The position numbers and the translations under genes are program-made. The notes under the pieces are model-generated. The model saw nothing but the letters and a program-made list of their open reading frames with translations, did not search any database and was not told where the DNA came from. Shown here piece after piece: positions 1 to 8,969 of a stretch of DNA of 59,395 nucleotides (position 1 is the stretch's first letter; the number at the start of each line of letters is the position of its first letter). The DNA comes from Spirochaetales bacterium (lineage in GTDB: Bacteria > Spirochaetota > Spirochaetia > Treponematales > UBA12059). Location: contig JAFGJV010000014.1 of assembly GCA_016928955.1 (NCBI GenBank), forward strand, positions 70,014 to 129,408. The letters run 5' to 3'.

Positions 1-320
1 TGCTCGCGGATGCCCGCAAAGCTGTAGAGCAGGGGTGACAAGCCTGCCGTGTTGTCCAGGTCCACCGAACCGCTTTCCAGCACCGCTCGCATGCCTTCCA
101 GGATGGTGTGGGCCTCGCCCACGTAGCTTTTCATGCGCGCGTCTATCTCGCCCGAGGTTTTCCAGGTGAGCGACACGGCAAACTGGGATACCACGGCGCG
201 GGACGTCAGGAAGGAGCTCAGGCCCATGGCTCCGATGGCAAGGATGTACACGATCAGTATGGGCAAGGCCAGCATGACCCAGAGCGGCGTGATGCGGCGG
301 TGGCTGTTCATTTTTGCCAT
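1..320 (-). CDS. Partial CDS (N-terminus only): membrane sensor protein with one TM helix followed by a probable extracytoplasmic Cache-like domain; output domain lies outside the window
   Basis: Not in the ORF track; read manually. ATG at 320 with AAGGAG RBS; MAKMNSHRRITPLWVMLALPILIVYILAIGAMGLSSFLTSRAVVSQFAVSLTWKTSGEIDARMKSYVGEAH... stays open to the window edge. Confidence 0.7.
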   Translation of the reverse strand, partial: MAKMNSHRRITPLWVMLALPILIVYILAIGAMGLSSFLTSRAVVSQFAVSLTWKTSGEIDARMKSYVGEAHTILEGMRAVLESGSVDLDNTAGLSPLLYSFAGIRE

Positions 321-568
321 GTGGGGCTCCTTGGGCTGACAAGTGGTTGCGGAAACGGTGTTGTCGTTTTCAGCCTAGTGTACCTTCGGATAAATTTCCA
401 CCGGTTTTGACCGTCCGCGCGCATTTGCCCGCGTGTCCGGCTTGCCGTATTATAGAACGTAGGCGAAGCGTGTGGGCTTATTGAAATTTCACCTGTAGGA
501 GTCTTGACCGGCAGTTGTTCCGCGTTGGGCGGATAACCCCGGCTTTTCCCGAGTTGCAAGGAGGCAGC

Positions 569-1543
569 ATGAGCGACTTGTCAGCCACGTATATGGGTTT
601 GAAGTTGGCCAATCCCGTGATCCTAGGATCGTCCGGACTGACATCCAGCGCGGAAGGGGTCAGGAAGGCTTTTGACGCGGGAGCCGGCGCGGTGGTGCTG
701 AAATCCCTGTTCGAGGAACAGCTACGCAAGGAGCTTGGCTCCGTGGACGCGGGTCCCTGGTCGCACCCGGAGGCGGAAGCCTTCCTGTCCCGCATGGGCA
801 TGAACGAGGGCGCCGACGAGTACCTCAAGCTGATCGACGAGGCCAAAAAAGACGGCCGCGGACCGGTCATAGCCAGCGTCAACTGCGTGGGCGAGGCGTT
901 CTGGATGGACTTTGCCGGACGGGTGGAGAGCGCCGGCGCGGACGCCCTGGAACTGAACCTGGGGCAGGTGCCCGACAACCCGAACGAGGACGCCGCAGCC
1001 GTGGAATCCCGGCTGGAGCGGCTGGTGCGGGACGTCCGCTCGAGCGTCCGGATACCCGTGGCCGTCAAGCTGGGGTACGGCTACACGGCGCTTGGGCATC
1101 TCATCAAGCGCCTTGCCAAAGCCGGTGCCCAAGGCGCCGTCCTGTTCAACCGTTTCTACAAGCTGGACGTGGACCTGGATGCCATGAGTCTGTCATCCGG
1201 GCCGGCCAGGAGCGGACCGGAGTCCTACCATGATTCGCTACGCTGGATTGCCCTTTTGGACGGCAGGGTAGGCGCAGAGCTGTGCGCGTCCGGTGGCGTG
1301 CATGACGGGGCTACCGTGCTCAAGCTTGTGGCCGCTGGAGCCCACGCCGTACAGGTGTGCTCGGCCGCGTACTCAAAGGGCTACGGCGTGATCAGCAGCC
1401 TGCTGGACGACATCAGGTCCTGGATGTCGTCCCGGGGCATAGCCTCCCTGGACGAACTCAGGGGCCGCCTGGCCAGGAGAAACTCAGAACATCCGGAACT
1501 GTACGGCAGGCTTCAGTATCTTGAGGCCCTGCACACGCGCTGA
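569..1543 (+). CDS. Dihydroorotate dehydrogenase-like FMN protein (DHOD-like family)
   Basis: LSATYMGLKLANPVILGSS, GAVVLKSLFEEQ, PVAVKL, LFNRFY, SGGV motifs; AAGGAGG RBS before ATG 569. Confidence 0.85.
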   Translation: MSDLSATYMGLKLANPVILGSSGLTSSAEGVRKAFDAGAGAVVLKSLFEEQLRKELGSVDAGPWSHPEAEAFLSRMGMNEGADEYLKLIDEAKKDGRGPVIASVNCVGEAFWMDFAGRVESAGADALELNLGQVPDNPNEDAAAVESRLERLVRDVRSSVRIPVAVKLGYGYTALGHLIKRLAKAGAQGAVLFNRFYKLDVDLDAMSLSSGPARSGPESYHDSLRWIALLDGRVGAELCASGGVHDGATVLKLVAAGAHAVQVCSAAYSKGYGVISSLLDDIRSWMSSRGIASLDELRGRLARRNSEHPELYGRLQYLEALHTR

Positions 1544-1564
1544 TCGCCGGGTGCTTTCGGACTG

Positions 1565-2044
1565 TTAGAGCGGATCGTCAGGCTGGAGGGGGAAGCTGAG
1601 GTATACCCGATCCATCTGCTCGCCGGGACGGTAGCACACGGAGCGGGCAAGGTTCCTGCTCATGGTGAGGCCCAGTCCGTGCCAACGCTTGAGCTCCGAG
1701 TTGTAGCGCGGCCCGGGCGGCGGGCTCAGGTCCAGGCATGCCGAAAAGCGGGCGAATATTCTGTGGCTTTGCACGTAGAGGGCCAGGGTGATGCCGCTGG
1801 CCCTCTTGCGTACCGTGACTTTTATGCCGTGCCTGCCGACCTCGCCATGGGTCAGCAGGTTGTCCACCACTTCCTCGCCGGCCACAATGACAACGTTTTT
1901 CTCGCGCTCGCTCAGGAAGCGCACGGTGCGGATAAAATCCTCGTAGCGGAGCACGGCCTCCGGCCGGCGGGGCAGGGTTATCCTTGCCTTGCGGGGAACC
2001 TCGGCGTGCTTAACTGGCGCTTTGACTGCGCGGTGTCGGCTCAT
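1565..2044 (-). CDS. RsbW-like anti-sigma factor/serine kinase (HATPase_c), atypical
   Basis: N-box EEVVDNLLTHG and G2-like HGLGLTMSRNL; lies directly downstream of a STAS gene. Confidence 0.65.
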   Translation of the reverse strand: MSRHRAVKAPVKHAEVPRKARITLPRRPEAVLRYEDFIRTVRFLSEREKNVVIVAGEEVVDNLLTHGEVGRHGIKVTVRKRASGITLALYVQSHRIFARFSACLDLSPPPGPRYNSELKRWHGLGLTMSRNLARSVCYRPGEQMDRVYLSFPLQPDDPL

Positions 2045-2066
2045 GGGTGCCTGGGCTGGATCGGCG

Positions 2067-2396
2067 CTATACCGGCAGGTCTTTGACCGATGCGAGAGTG
2101 GGGAAGCGCTCAGAAAACCCGGTTGACTCTATGGCCAGCCTGGCCACTTCCGAAGGTCCGATCATAAAGATCCGCTTGCCCGCGGCTTCCGCGTCCTCTA
2201 TGGCCGCCAGGATCACCCCTATGCCTGCGCTGGTCATGGATGTGACCCCGGACAGGTCTATGGCGAGGTCGGACTTGCCGACGTGCTTCATGGTCTTTTC
2301 CTGAAGCTCCGTGAACGTGTAGCTGTTGATCGGGCCATTGACACTGAGCACGGTGAATTTGCCGCGCTCGCTTGCCTCGATGCTGATGCCGGTCAT
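2067..2396 (-). CDS. STAS-domain anti-sigma factor antagonist (RsbV/SpoIIAA-like)
   Basis: 109 aa; IDLSGVTSMTSAGIG with the conserved phospho-Ser; ATGA overlap with the upstream phosphatase. Confidence 0.9.
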   Translation of the reverse strand: MTGISIEASERGKFTVLSVNGPINSYTFTELQEKTMKHVGKSDLAIDLSGVTSMTSAGIGVILAAIEDAEAAGKRIFMIGPSEVARLAIESTGFSERFPTLASVKDLPV

Positions 2397-4528
2397 GACG
2401 TCTTCTCCTTATGGCCATGGAAATTGATGGCCAGCAGCGTGATATCGTCCTCGAGCCGCCCGTCCGTGAAGGACGTGGCGCTCCTGATTACCGAATCGAC
2501 TATGTCGGCCGCCGGGGCCCCGCGGTTTTCCGTCAGGATGCGTACCAGGCGCTCCTTGCCGTAATGCTCGCCCCGGATGCTTTCCGCTTCTATGATGCCG
2601 TCCGTGCTGATCACCAGGCCGGAATTCACGGGCAGGTCCAGCCGGCGGGTCTTCAGGTGGGGCTCCAGGTTGCGCACAAAGCCGAGCATTTTGCCCTCGC
2701 CCTGCACCTCGATGATCGCGTCCAGCGAGGGGGAGCGGAAGAAGATGGCGGGTATGCCGCAGTTGATGAAATAGATGGAGCGCTTGTCCAGGGCCAGGAA
2801 GCCGAACACCCCCGCAAAGAACGTGCCCCGCGGCAGGTGGTCCTTGATGAACTGGTTCGTGCGCGACACCAGTTTGATAAAGTCCTTTTCCTCGCGGAGC
2901 AGGGTGCGGATCATGGACTTGAGGATGATCATGGACATGGACGCGTTAAGACCCTTGCCAGACACGTCGCCGACCACAAAGAACCAACGGTGCTCGGACA
3001 GGCGCACTGCGTCATACAGGTCGCCACCGAGCTGTCGGGTTGAGCGGCACACGAACGACACGTCCACGCCCGGATAGTCTATGGGCGCTATGGACTCCTG
3101 CACGGACTTGACGATCTGGTCAGCAAGCCCGATTTCCTTCTCCACCGTGGACAACAGCGACTCGCGGGCCACGTGGCGCACGTAGTAGGCCACCACGAAG
3201 AGCTTTCCGTGGATGGCCAGGAACGCCTCGTAGTCCAGGGCATTGTAGTCGCGCCCATTGCGCTTAGGACCAAAGGCGAACAGGCCCACGATGCGTCGGC
3301 CTTCCCTGGCCAGGATCAGGGCTTCAGAGCCCAGCGCGTCCATGAAGCCAAAAATGGCGGTCTTGCTGTCGGCAAAGGCAGGGTCGGCGATCACGTCGGT
3401 CTTGAGCACCACCGATCGGTCCAGCGCCGTCAGCACGGGTACAATGGGCGAGTCCGAAGCGGCCAGTTCCTCTTCCTCGGCGCCGGGGAAAACCCGTGAC
3501 AGGCCGCCCGATTCGTTTTCCGAAATGGCCATGAACCAGGACGAGCCAAAAGCGTCGGCCATGATCTCGGACAGCTTGCCCAGCACTTCGTCCCGTCCCG
3601 CGGACAGGTCCAGGTGGGCGATAGCTGTCTCGAGTTCCTCGCGCGCTTCCTCGTCGCGAGCTGAACCGAAACGGCCTTTGAGAAAGCCCTCGGCCCAGCG
3701 ACCGAACATCAGGAAGCCCAGAACGCCCACGCCAAGCACAAAGGCCAGCATGTCCAAGCGGAACATCAGGAGCACGCCGACCACAACGCCCAAGGGAAGG
3801 CCAAAAAACACGATCAGGAGGCCGTAGGTAAGCGTTGACTTGGCCAGGGTGCCCACATGGAAGAGGCGCGTGGCCGTCAGGGCGTAATAGCCGGCAAGGA
3901 TGGCCGGCAGGGCGCTGAGTCCGGCCAAGGGATACACCACGTTCTTGCCCTGGCCGGGGAAATAGATGGCCAGGATGTACCCGTACGCCACGCTGACCGC
4001 CAGCCCCACCGTGAGCACGAACAGGTGCTGTTTGTACATGCGGCTGGCCGTGGTCAGGCCCCGGATCAGGAAGAGCACCGTGGTCGCCAGGGCCAGGGCT
4101 GCACCCAGAGTGGACAAAAGCCCGTGAGCGGCGCCCTCAAACCGTATGTACTCAAGCTCTATGCGCCGCACGCTTTCCAGAAAATCAGCCGTATAGACAA
4201 AGCGCCACACCGCTATGCCGACCAGGACGGTGAGCGCCAGGTCCACCAGATAGATTTTGCGCGCGTATGGGTAGGTCAGGGCCATGCGGAAAAAGGCCGC
4301 GTAGCTGGCCAGGGCCAGGGCTCCGGCCCAGCGCAGGAGGGACAGGGCCATATCTTGGTTGTCGGCCGCCAAGAGGTAGCCGGTAGCCAGGCAGACGGCG
4401 TACGCTGCGCTGGCCAGGGCGCCGAGTTTGAACGCCGTGGAGCCCGTGCCCGAACCCAGCCGCTTGGTCCTGAAGGCGGTTATGACCATCACGATGGCGG
4501 CCAGGTAGGTGAAAATCGTCAGTCCCAT
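2393..4528 (-). CDS. Multi-TM, GAF-like, SpoIIE/RsbU-family PP2C phosphatase
   Basis: About 9 hydrophobic segments, a GAF-like region (LFAFGPKRNGRDYN), then GGDLYD, GDVSGKG, STDG, DDIT metal-binding motifs. Confidence 0.9.
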   Translation of the reverse strand: MGLTIFTYLAAIVMVITAFRTKRLGSGTGSTAFKLGALASAAYAVCLATGYLLAADNQDMALSLLRWAGALALASYAAFFRMALTYPYARKIYLVDLALTVLVGIAVWRFVYTADFLESVRRIELEYIRFEGAAHGLLSTLGAALALATTVLFLIRGLTTASRMYKQHLFVLTVGLAVSVAYGYILAIYFPGQGKNVVYPLAGLSALPAILAGYYALTATRLFHVGTLAKSTLTYGLLIVFFGLPLGVVVGVLLMFRLDMLAFVLGVGVLGFLMFGRWAEGFLKGRFGSARDEEAREELETAIAHLDLSAGRDEVLGKLSEIMADAFGSSWFMAISENESGGLSRVFPGAEEEELAASDSPIVPVLTALDRSVVLKTDVIADPAFADSKTAIFGFMDALGSEALILAREGRRIVGLFAFGPKRNGRDYNALDYEAFLAIHGKLFVVAYYVRHVARESLLSTVEKEIGLADQIVKSVQESIAPIDYPGVDVSFVCRSTRQLGGDLYDAVRLSEHRWFFVVGDVSGKGLNASMSMIILKSMIRTLLREEKDFIKLVSRTNQFIKDHLPRGTFFAGVFGFLALDKRSIYFINCGIPAIFFRSPSLDAIIEVQGEGKMLGFVRNLEPHLKTRRLDLPVNSGLVISTDGIIEAESIRGEHYGKERLVRILTENRGAPAADIVDSVIRSATSFTDGRLEDDITLLAINFHGHKEKTS

Positions 4529-5910
4529 AGCCGTCCCACCTTGCCGACCAGGATGGTGATATCGTCGCGGAGCTGTTTGTCGCCCACGTAGGTTTCCCCG
4601 AGGGTGGCCAGGGAATCCACCAGGTCTTCCGCGCTGTGACCGGCGGCGTCGGTCAGGATACGCTGGAACTCGGGCGAGCCGTCCAGGGGCCGGCCGTCCT
4701 GGTCGTCCAGCTCAAGAAGGCCGTCCGTGGACAGGATGACCACGTCGTCCGTGCGCAGTTCGATTTCCTCCACCTCCACGCTGTCCAGGGGCGTTAGGCC
4801 CACGATGCTGGTATTGGATTCCAGGCGCCGTACCACGGGTCCCTTGACCGTGCGCACCACCAGGAACTGGTCCGGCATGGCCGCGTTCACGTAGCGGAGG
4901 GTGTGTTTCTTGAGGTCGGCCAGGCCCAGGAACAGCACTATGTACTTGTCGTCAAAACCCATCTCGCGGATGGCGTTGTGGCAATTGCGTATGATGTTCT
5001 GCAGGTCCGCCTTGTTCTGGGCGGCCCGGATGGTGTTGAGCGCAATGCCCATGATGAGGGCGGCCGCCAGGCCCTTGCCGGACACGTCGCCCATCACGAG
5101 AAGGAAGCGATCGTCGTCCAGCTGGATGGCGTCGTAAAAATCCCCGGACACGTTGACCAGGGGGCGGAAATAGGCTGAAAGCTCCAGTTTGGGGTGTTCC
5201 GGCAGCTTTTGCGGCAGGAAGGTCTTCTGCGTTTCGGCTATCAGCCGCCATTCCTTGGACAACGCGGCAATCTGGAACAGCCGGGCCACGGTGAGCACGC
5301 GGTCAAAGAAGATCAAAAGCTCGCCGTACAGGACGCGGAAGGCGTCATGGTCAACCTCCGCGCAGGACCGCGAGAAAACGAACAGGTAGTAGCCCTTGCA
5401 GAACACAAAGAAACCCCTGGACGCTTCCATGCGAACCGTCAGACTAAAGCGGTCGTCCATGAAGCCCATGCCTTCGGACAGCTCGCGGAAATTGCGTTTG
5501 AGAATGGCGAGCAGGCCGGGATCGGAGGTCAGGGTGGCCGGGCTGGTGTACACCGGTTCCCAGGTGTTGCTTTTGATCAGGATGACGGACGCGTCCAGTT
5601 TCTTTTCCAGGTCATCCCTGATGGCGTTGACCAGTTCCGGCATGGTAAAGCAGGTGCGGACCCTCTCGGTGAAATCCGACAGAAGGCGGGTCGCGCCCCT
5701 GGACATGGCCCGCTTGAGCAGGGCCGCGTCCCAGCGTTTCACGATGGCCCGCCTCACCATGAACGTCAGGAAGAAGATGGCCACGACAATGGCGACCGTG
5801 CCGGCCGTGCCGTAACCAGCCGAGGCGTGGTAACTGACCGATATAAAAAAACCTGCCGCTACCACCCAGCTGGTGGTCTGGGCGAGTCTGCTTGCTCTCC
5901 TGTAGTCCAA
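4519..5910 (-). CDS. Membrane-anchored SpoIIE/RsbU-family PP2C phosphatase
   Basis: 2 N-terminal TM segments; SGDFYD, GDVSGKG, STDG, DDIT motifs; TTG start with GGAG upstream. Confidence 0.88.
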   Translation of the reverse strand: MDYRRASRLAQTTSWVVAAGFFISVSYHASAGYGTAGTVAIVVAIFFLTFMVRRAIVKRWDAALLKRAMSRGATRLLSDFTERVRTCFTMPELVNAIRDDLEKKLDASVILIKSNTWEPVYTSPATLTSDPGLLAILKRNFRELSEGMGFMDDRFSLTVRMEASRGFFVFCKGYYLFVFSRSCAEVDHDAFRVLYGELLIFFDRVLTVARLFQIAALSKEWRLIAETQKTFLPQKLPEHPKLELSAYFRPLVNVSGDFYDAIQLDDDRFLLVMGDVSGKGLAAALIMGIALNTIRAAQNKADLQNIIRNCHNAIREMGFDDKYIVLFLGLADLKKHTLRYVNAAMPDQFLVVRTVKGPVVRRLESNTSIVGLTPLDSVEVEEIELRTDDVVILSTDGLLELDDQDGRPLDGSPEFQRILTDAAGHSAEDLVDSLATLGETYVGDKQLRDDITILVGKVGRLWD

Positions 5911-6074
5911 CGCTGGCGCTCCGTTCCGGACGTCGCTGTGCTTTATCCGCGCCTGGTCGGGCGGAGCAGGGCAAGCCTGCGTCCCCCAACCATACGGCCC
6001 AAGGATAAGCCAAGCGGTCCAAACATCGTCTCACGCGGTCTGGCCCCTGTCAACATCATGAACAGGCAGAATCT

Positions 6075-6785
6075 TCATTCTTTCCATTTAATGAAAAATG
6101 ACAGGGGGCGTTCCAGGGTAAGCGCCCTGAGGACGGGTACCGCCAGCTCGCGAGAACTGGCCGCAAGGCCCGGCCGAGGCGCTGAGAACCCCTCACTTTC
6201 CAGTATCGGTCCGGGAACGCTGATGGATAGGGAAAAATCCAGGGTATCCAGGGCCGAAGCGGCCTGGGTCCCGAGCAGGGCTACCAGCATGGATCTATAT
6301 TCGTCCTGGCTGACCGGGTTGTCGTACAGGGCGGGCGGCTGGAGGGCCTCCAACAGATCCTGGTCGAGGCCAGGGAACAGGCTGACCAGGGCCGGGGCCG
6401 TGCCGCGGTCTATGGTGAGCGACAGGGAAGCCCAGCCGGGCCCGCGTTTGACCGTAAGGGCTCCGCCAAGGCCCGCCGACCGGATAAACTGGTCCAGGTC
6501 CGCCGCCGTGAAGGATCCTTGGTAGCCCGCCGCTTCGTTCCTGGACGAACGGACAACCAGCCCGCTGTCCGACGCCCCTTCGGACACGGCTTCCGCGCTG
6601 AACAGGGGGCCGCTCTGAACGCCAGACAGGGATCTCAGTTTTGCCTCCAGCTGGGCGGGAAGGCGTACGCTGACGTCTATGAGCGCCGAGCGGTCAGGGC
6701 GCAGCACGAGGCTGGCCGAGCCGGCGCATGATGCTGACAGGAAGGCAAGTAGGCAGGCGGCGTATCCGGCGCGTAGTCGTTTCAT
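6075..6785 (-). CDS. Putative lipoprotein (LppM/DUF3153-like)
   Basis: MKRLRAGYAACLLAFLSASC signal with lipobox Cys; GGAGAG RBS 7 nt before ATG 6785 (track start 6806 is probably too long); FSLSISVPGPI motif resembles LppM-like proteins. Confidence 0.6.
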   Translation of the reverse strand: MKRLRAGYAACLLAFLSASCAGSASLVLRPDRSALIDVSVRLPAQLEAKLRSLSGVQSGPLFSAEAVSEGASDSGLVVRSSRNEAAGYQGSFTAADLDQFIRSAGLGGALTVKRGPGWASLSLTIDRGTAPALVSLFPGLDQDLLEALQPPALYDNPVSQDEYRSMLVALLGTQAASALDTLDFSLSISVPGPILESEGFSAPRPGLAASSRELAVPVLRALTLERPLSFFIKWKE

Positions 6786-6810
6786 CGTGTAGCTCTCCAT
6801 GCTCATCCCG

Positions 6811-6878
6811 GCGTTTTCGGCCGAAAACGTTCGGTTTTCTCGGGTACCCCACTAAAACTGAAGTTTTAAGGGGCTCCC
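6811..6878. repeat. Degenerate partial copy of the palindromic MITE at 52169-52276
   Basis: Same CGTTTTCGGCCGAAAACG palindrome and a TAAAACTGAAGTTTTA hairpin; aligns by eye to 52208-52276. Confidence 0.85.
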
Positions 6879-7196
6879 AGTGGTTTTTCACGCGTGTACG
6901 ATAGTCGATGGCGACGCTCAAGGTCCCACGCGGCAGCCGTCCCATTCACAGGCAACAATCGCGCGCGCGGCTGGTTACCGGCGGTCGCCCGGTCGGCAGG
7001 GCCTGGCTGGCTCGATCCGGTGCCGTGCTCGCATAAAATGAGCTGATTTGGTTTTTTTCGCAACCACCCAGGCGGGTTGTGTGTCAAAATGCCCAAGGTG
7101 GGTTCTATTTGGGCCCGTTTATAGATAATTCCACGGGTCCGCCGGGATATCCAACCGGGAACGGCGGGCCCGAGCTCGCATGATGAGGAGGCGCGC

Positions 7197-8918
7197 ATGA
7201 AAAAGGGTGAGCCCTGGGACTTTCTGGCCGAGTATAAAGGCACGCATTTCAGCGGTGAATGGCCGACCCTGCCCGAGCTGTTCAGGATATCCGCGGCACG
7301 GCATCCGGATCGGGCCTGCTTTACGGTGTACGATCCCGACAGGCTGACCCTGACCTACGCGCAGGCCTTGGCCAAGATAGAGCGCTTGGCCGCCTTCCTT
7401 GCGGCTTCGGGCTATGGGCGTGGCGACAATGTGGTGGTAACGGGCAAAAATTCACCCGAGTGGGCCGTGGCCTACCTGGCCATCATGTTCGCGGGGGCCA
7501 CGGTGGTGCCCGTTGACTACCAGATCAGCAACGCGGAAATTGAGAACATCATAAAGGCGTCGGACTCCAAGGCCATGTTCGTGGACGGGGAAAAATTCGA
7601 CGAGCTGGATCCCAAGCGCCTGGGCTTGAAGGCGCGCTGGTCCCTGGCCAAGGGCAAGGGCGACTATGTATACGACCTGGAAGCCAAGGGCGCCGTGCCC
7701 GCCATCAAGCCCGCCGTCGAGCGGGACCTTGCCGCCATCCTGTTCACCAGCGGCACCACCGGCGTGCCCAAGGGCGTCATGCTCACCCACGCCAATTTTG
7801 TGTCCGACTGCTTCCTGGCCCAGGCCAACCTGGCCGTGTACCATACGGACGTGTTCTACGCCCTTCTGCCTATCCACCACTCGTATACCATGCTGGCGGT
7901 GTTCATTGAGGCTATTTCCAGGGGCGCGGAGGTGGTGTTCGGGCAGCGCATGGTCACGTCAGCCATCCTCAAGGACCTCAAGGAAGCCAAGGTGACCATG
8001 TTCCTGGGCGTTCCCCTGCTGTTCAACAAGGTGCTTGCGGGCATCCAGAGGGGCATCAAGGCCAAGGGTCCCGTGGTGAGCGGCATCCTGGGCTTTTTGA
8101 TGGTGGTGTCGGGCCTGATCAAAAAATTCTTCAAGGTCAACCCGGGCAAGAAGCTCTTTGGCACGGTCCTGGACAAGGCAAGCCTCAAGACCATACGCAT
8201 ATGCATATCCGGGGGCGGGCCCCTGGCTCCCAGCGTGTTCCGCAAATACAACCAGCTGGGCATAGACTTTGTGCAGGGCTATGGCCTGACCGAAACCAGC
8301 CCCATCCTGACCCTCAATCCCACGGAAGCCTACAAGGAAACCAGCGTGGGCAAGCTCATTCCCCGGGTGCAGATGCGCGTGCTGAGCCCCGACCACGACG
8401 GCCGCGGCGAGCTGATTGTCAAAGGTCCCATGGTCATGCAGGGCTACTACAAAAACGAGGCCGCCACGCGGGAGGTTTTCACCGAGGACGGCTGGTTCCG
8501 CACCGGCGACGTGGGCTACATGGACGGCGACAACTACGTGTACCTGACGGGCCGGGCCAAGAACCTGATCGTCACCGAGGGCGGCAAGAACGTGTACCCC
8601 GAGGAGATCGAGAACCGGTTCCAGCTCTTTGGCGAGGTAGAGCAGGTGCTGATCCGCGGCTATGTGCTGGACAAAAAGCAGAAGTCCGAGGGCATAGAGG
8701 CCCTGATCTATCCCAGCAAGGACTGGTTCGACCAGAAAGCCGGCTCGTCCGGGGCTAACATAGAGGACGGTGACGTGGAAGACCGCATCAGGCACGTGGT
8801 GGACGAGGTCAACGCCAGCATGCTGCCCTACCAGCGCATCGGCAAGATCACCATCCTGGAAGAACCCCTGGAGATGACCACCACCAAAAAGGTCAAACGT
8901 TTCGCGGTCAAGTCCTGA
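7197..8918 (+). CDS. Long-chain fatty acid-CoA ligase (AMP-binding, FadD-like)
   Basis: ILFTSGTTGVPKG, GYGLTE, FRTGD, GKNVYPEEIE motifs; GAGGAGG RBS. Confidence 0.9.
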   Translation: MKKGEPWDFLAEYKGTHFSGEWPTLPELFRISAARHPDRACFTVYDPDRLTLTYAQALAKIERLAAFLAASGYGRGDNVVVTGKNSPEWAVAYLAIMFAGATVVPVDYQISNAEIENIIKASDSKAMFVDGEKFDELDPKRLGLKARWSLAKGKGDYVYDLEAKGAVPAIKPAVERDLAAILFTSGTTGVPKGVMLTHANFVSDCFLAQANLAVYHTDVFYALLPIHHSYTMLAVFIEAISRGAEVVFGQRMVTSAILKDLKEAKVTMFLGVPLLFNKVLAGIQRGIKAKGPVVSGILGFLMVVSGLIKKFFKVNPGKKLFGTVLDKASLKTIRICISGGGPLAPSVFRKYNQLGIDFVQGYGLTETSPILTLNPTEAYKETSVGKLIPRVQMRVLSPDHDGRGELIVKGPMVMQGYYKNEAATREVFTEDGWFRTGDVGYMDGDNYVYLTGRAKNLIVTEGGKNVYPEEIENRFQLFGEVEQVLIRGYVLDKKQKSEGIEALIYPSKDWFDQKAGSSGANIEDGDVEDRIRHVVDEVNASMLPYQRIGKITILEEPLEMTTTKKVKRFAVKS

Positions 8919-8937
8919 CGGGCGCGACGCTACGCTC

Positions 8938-8969
8938 GCCGGAGGGAGCACCAGCCCTCCGGCTTTTTT
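8938..8969 (+). terminator. Intrinsic terminator
   Basis: GCCGGAGGG/CCCTCCGGC stem followed by T6, between convergent genes. Confidence 0.8.
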
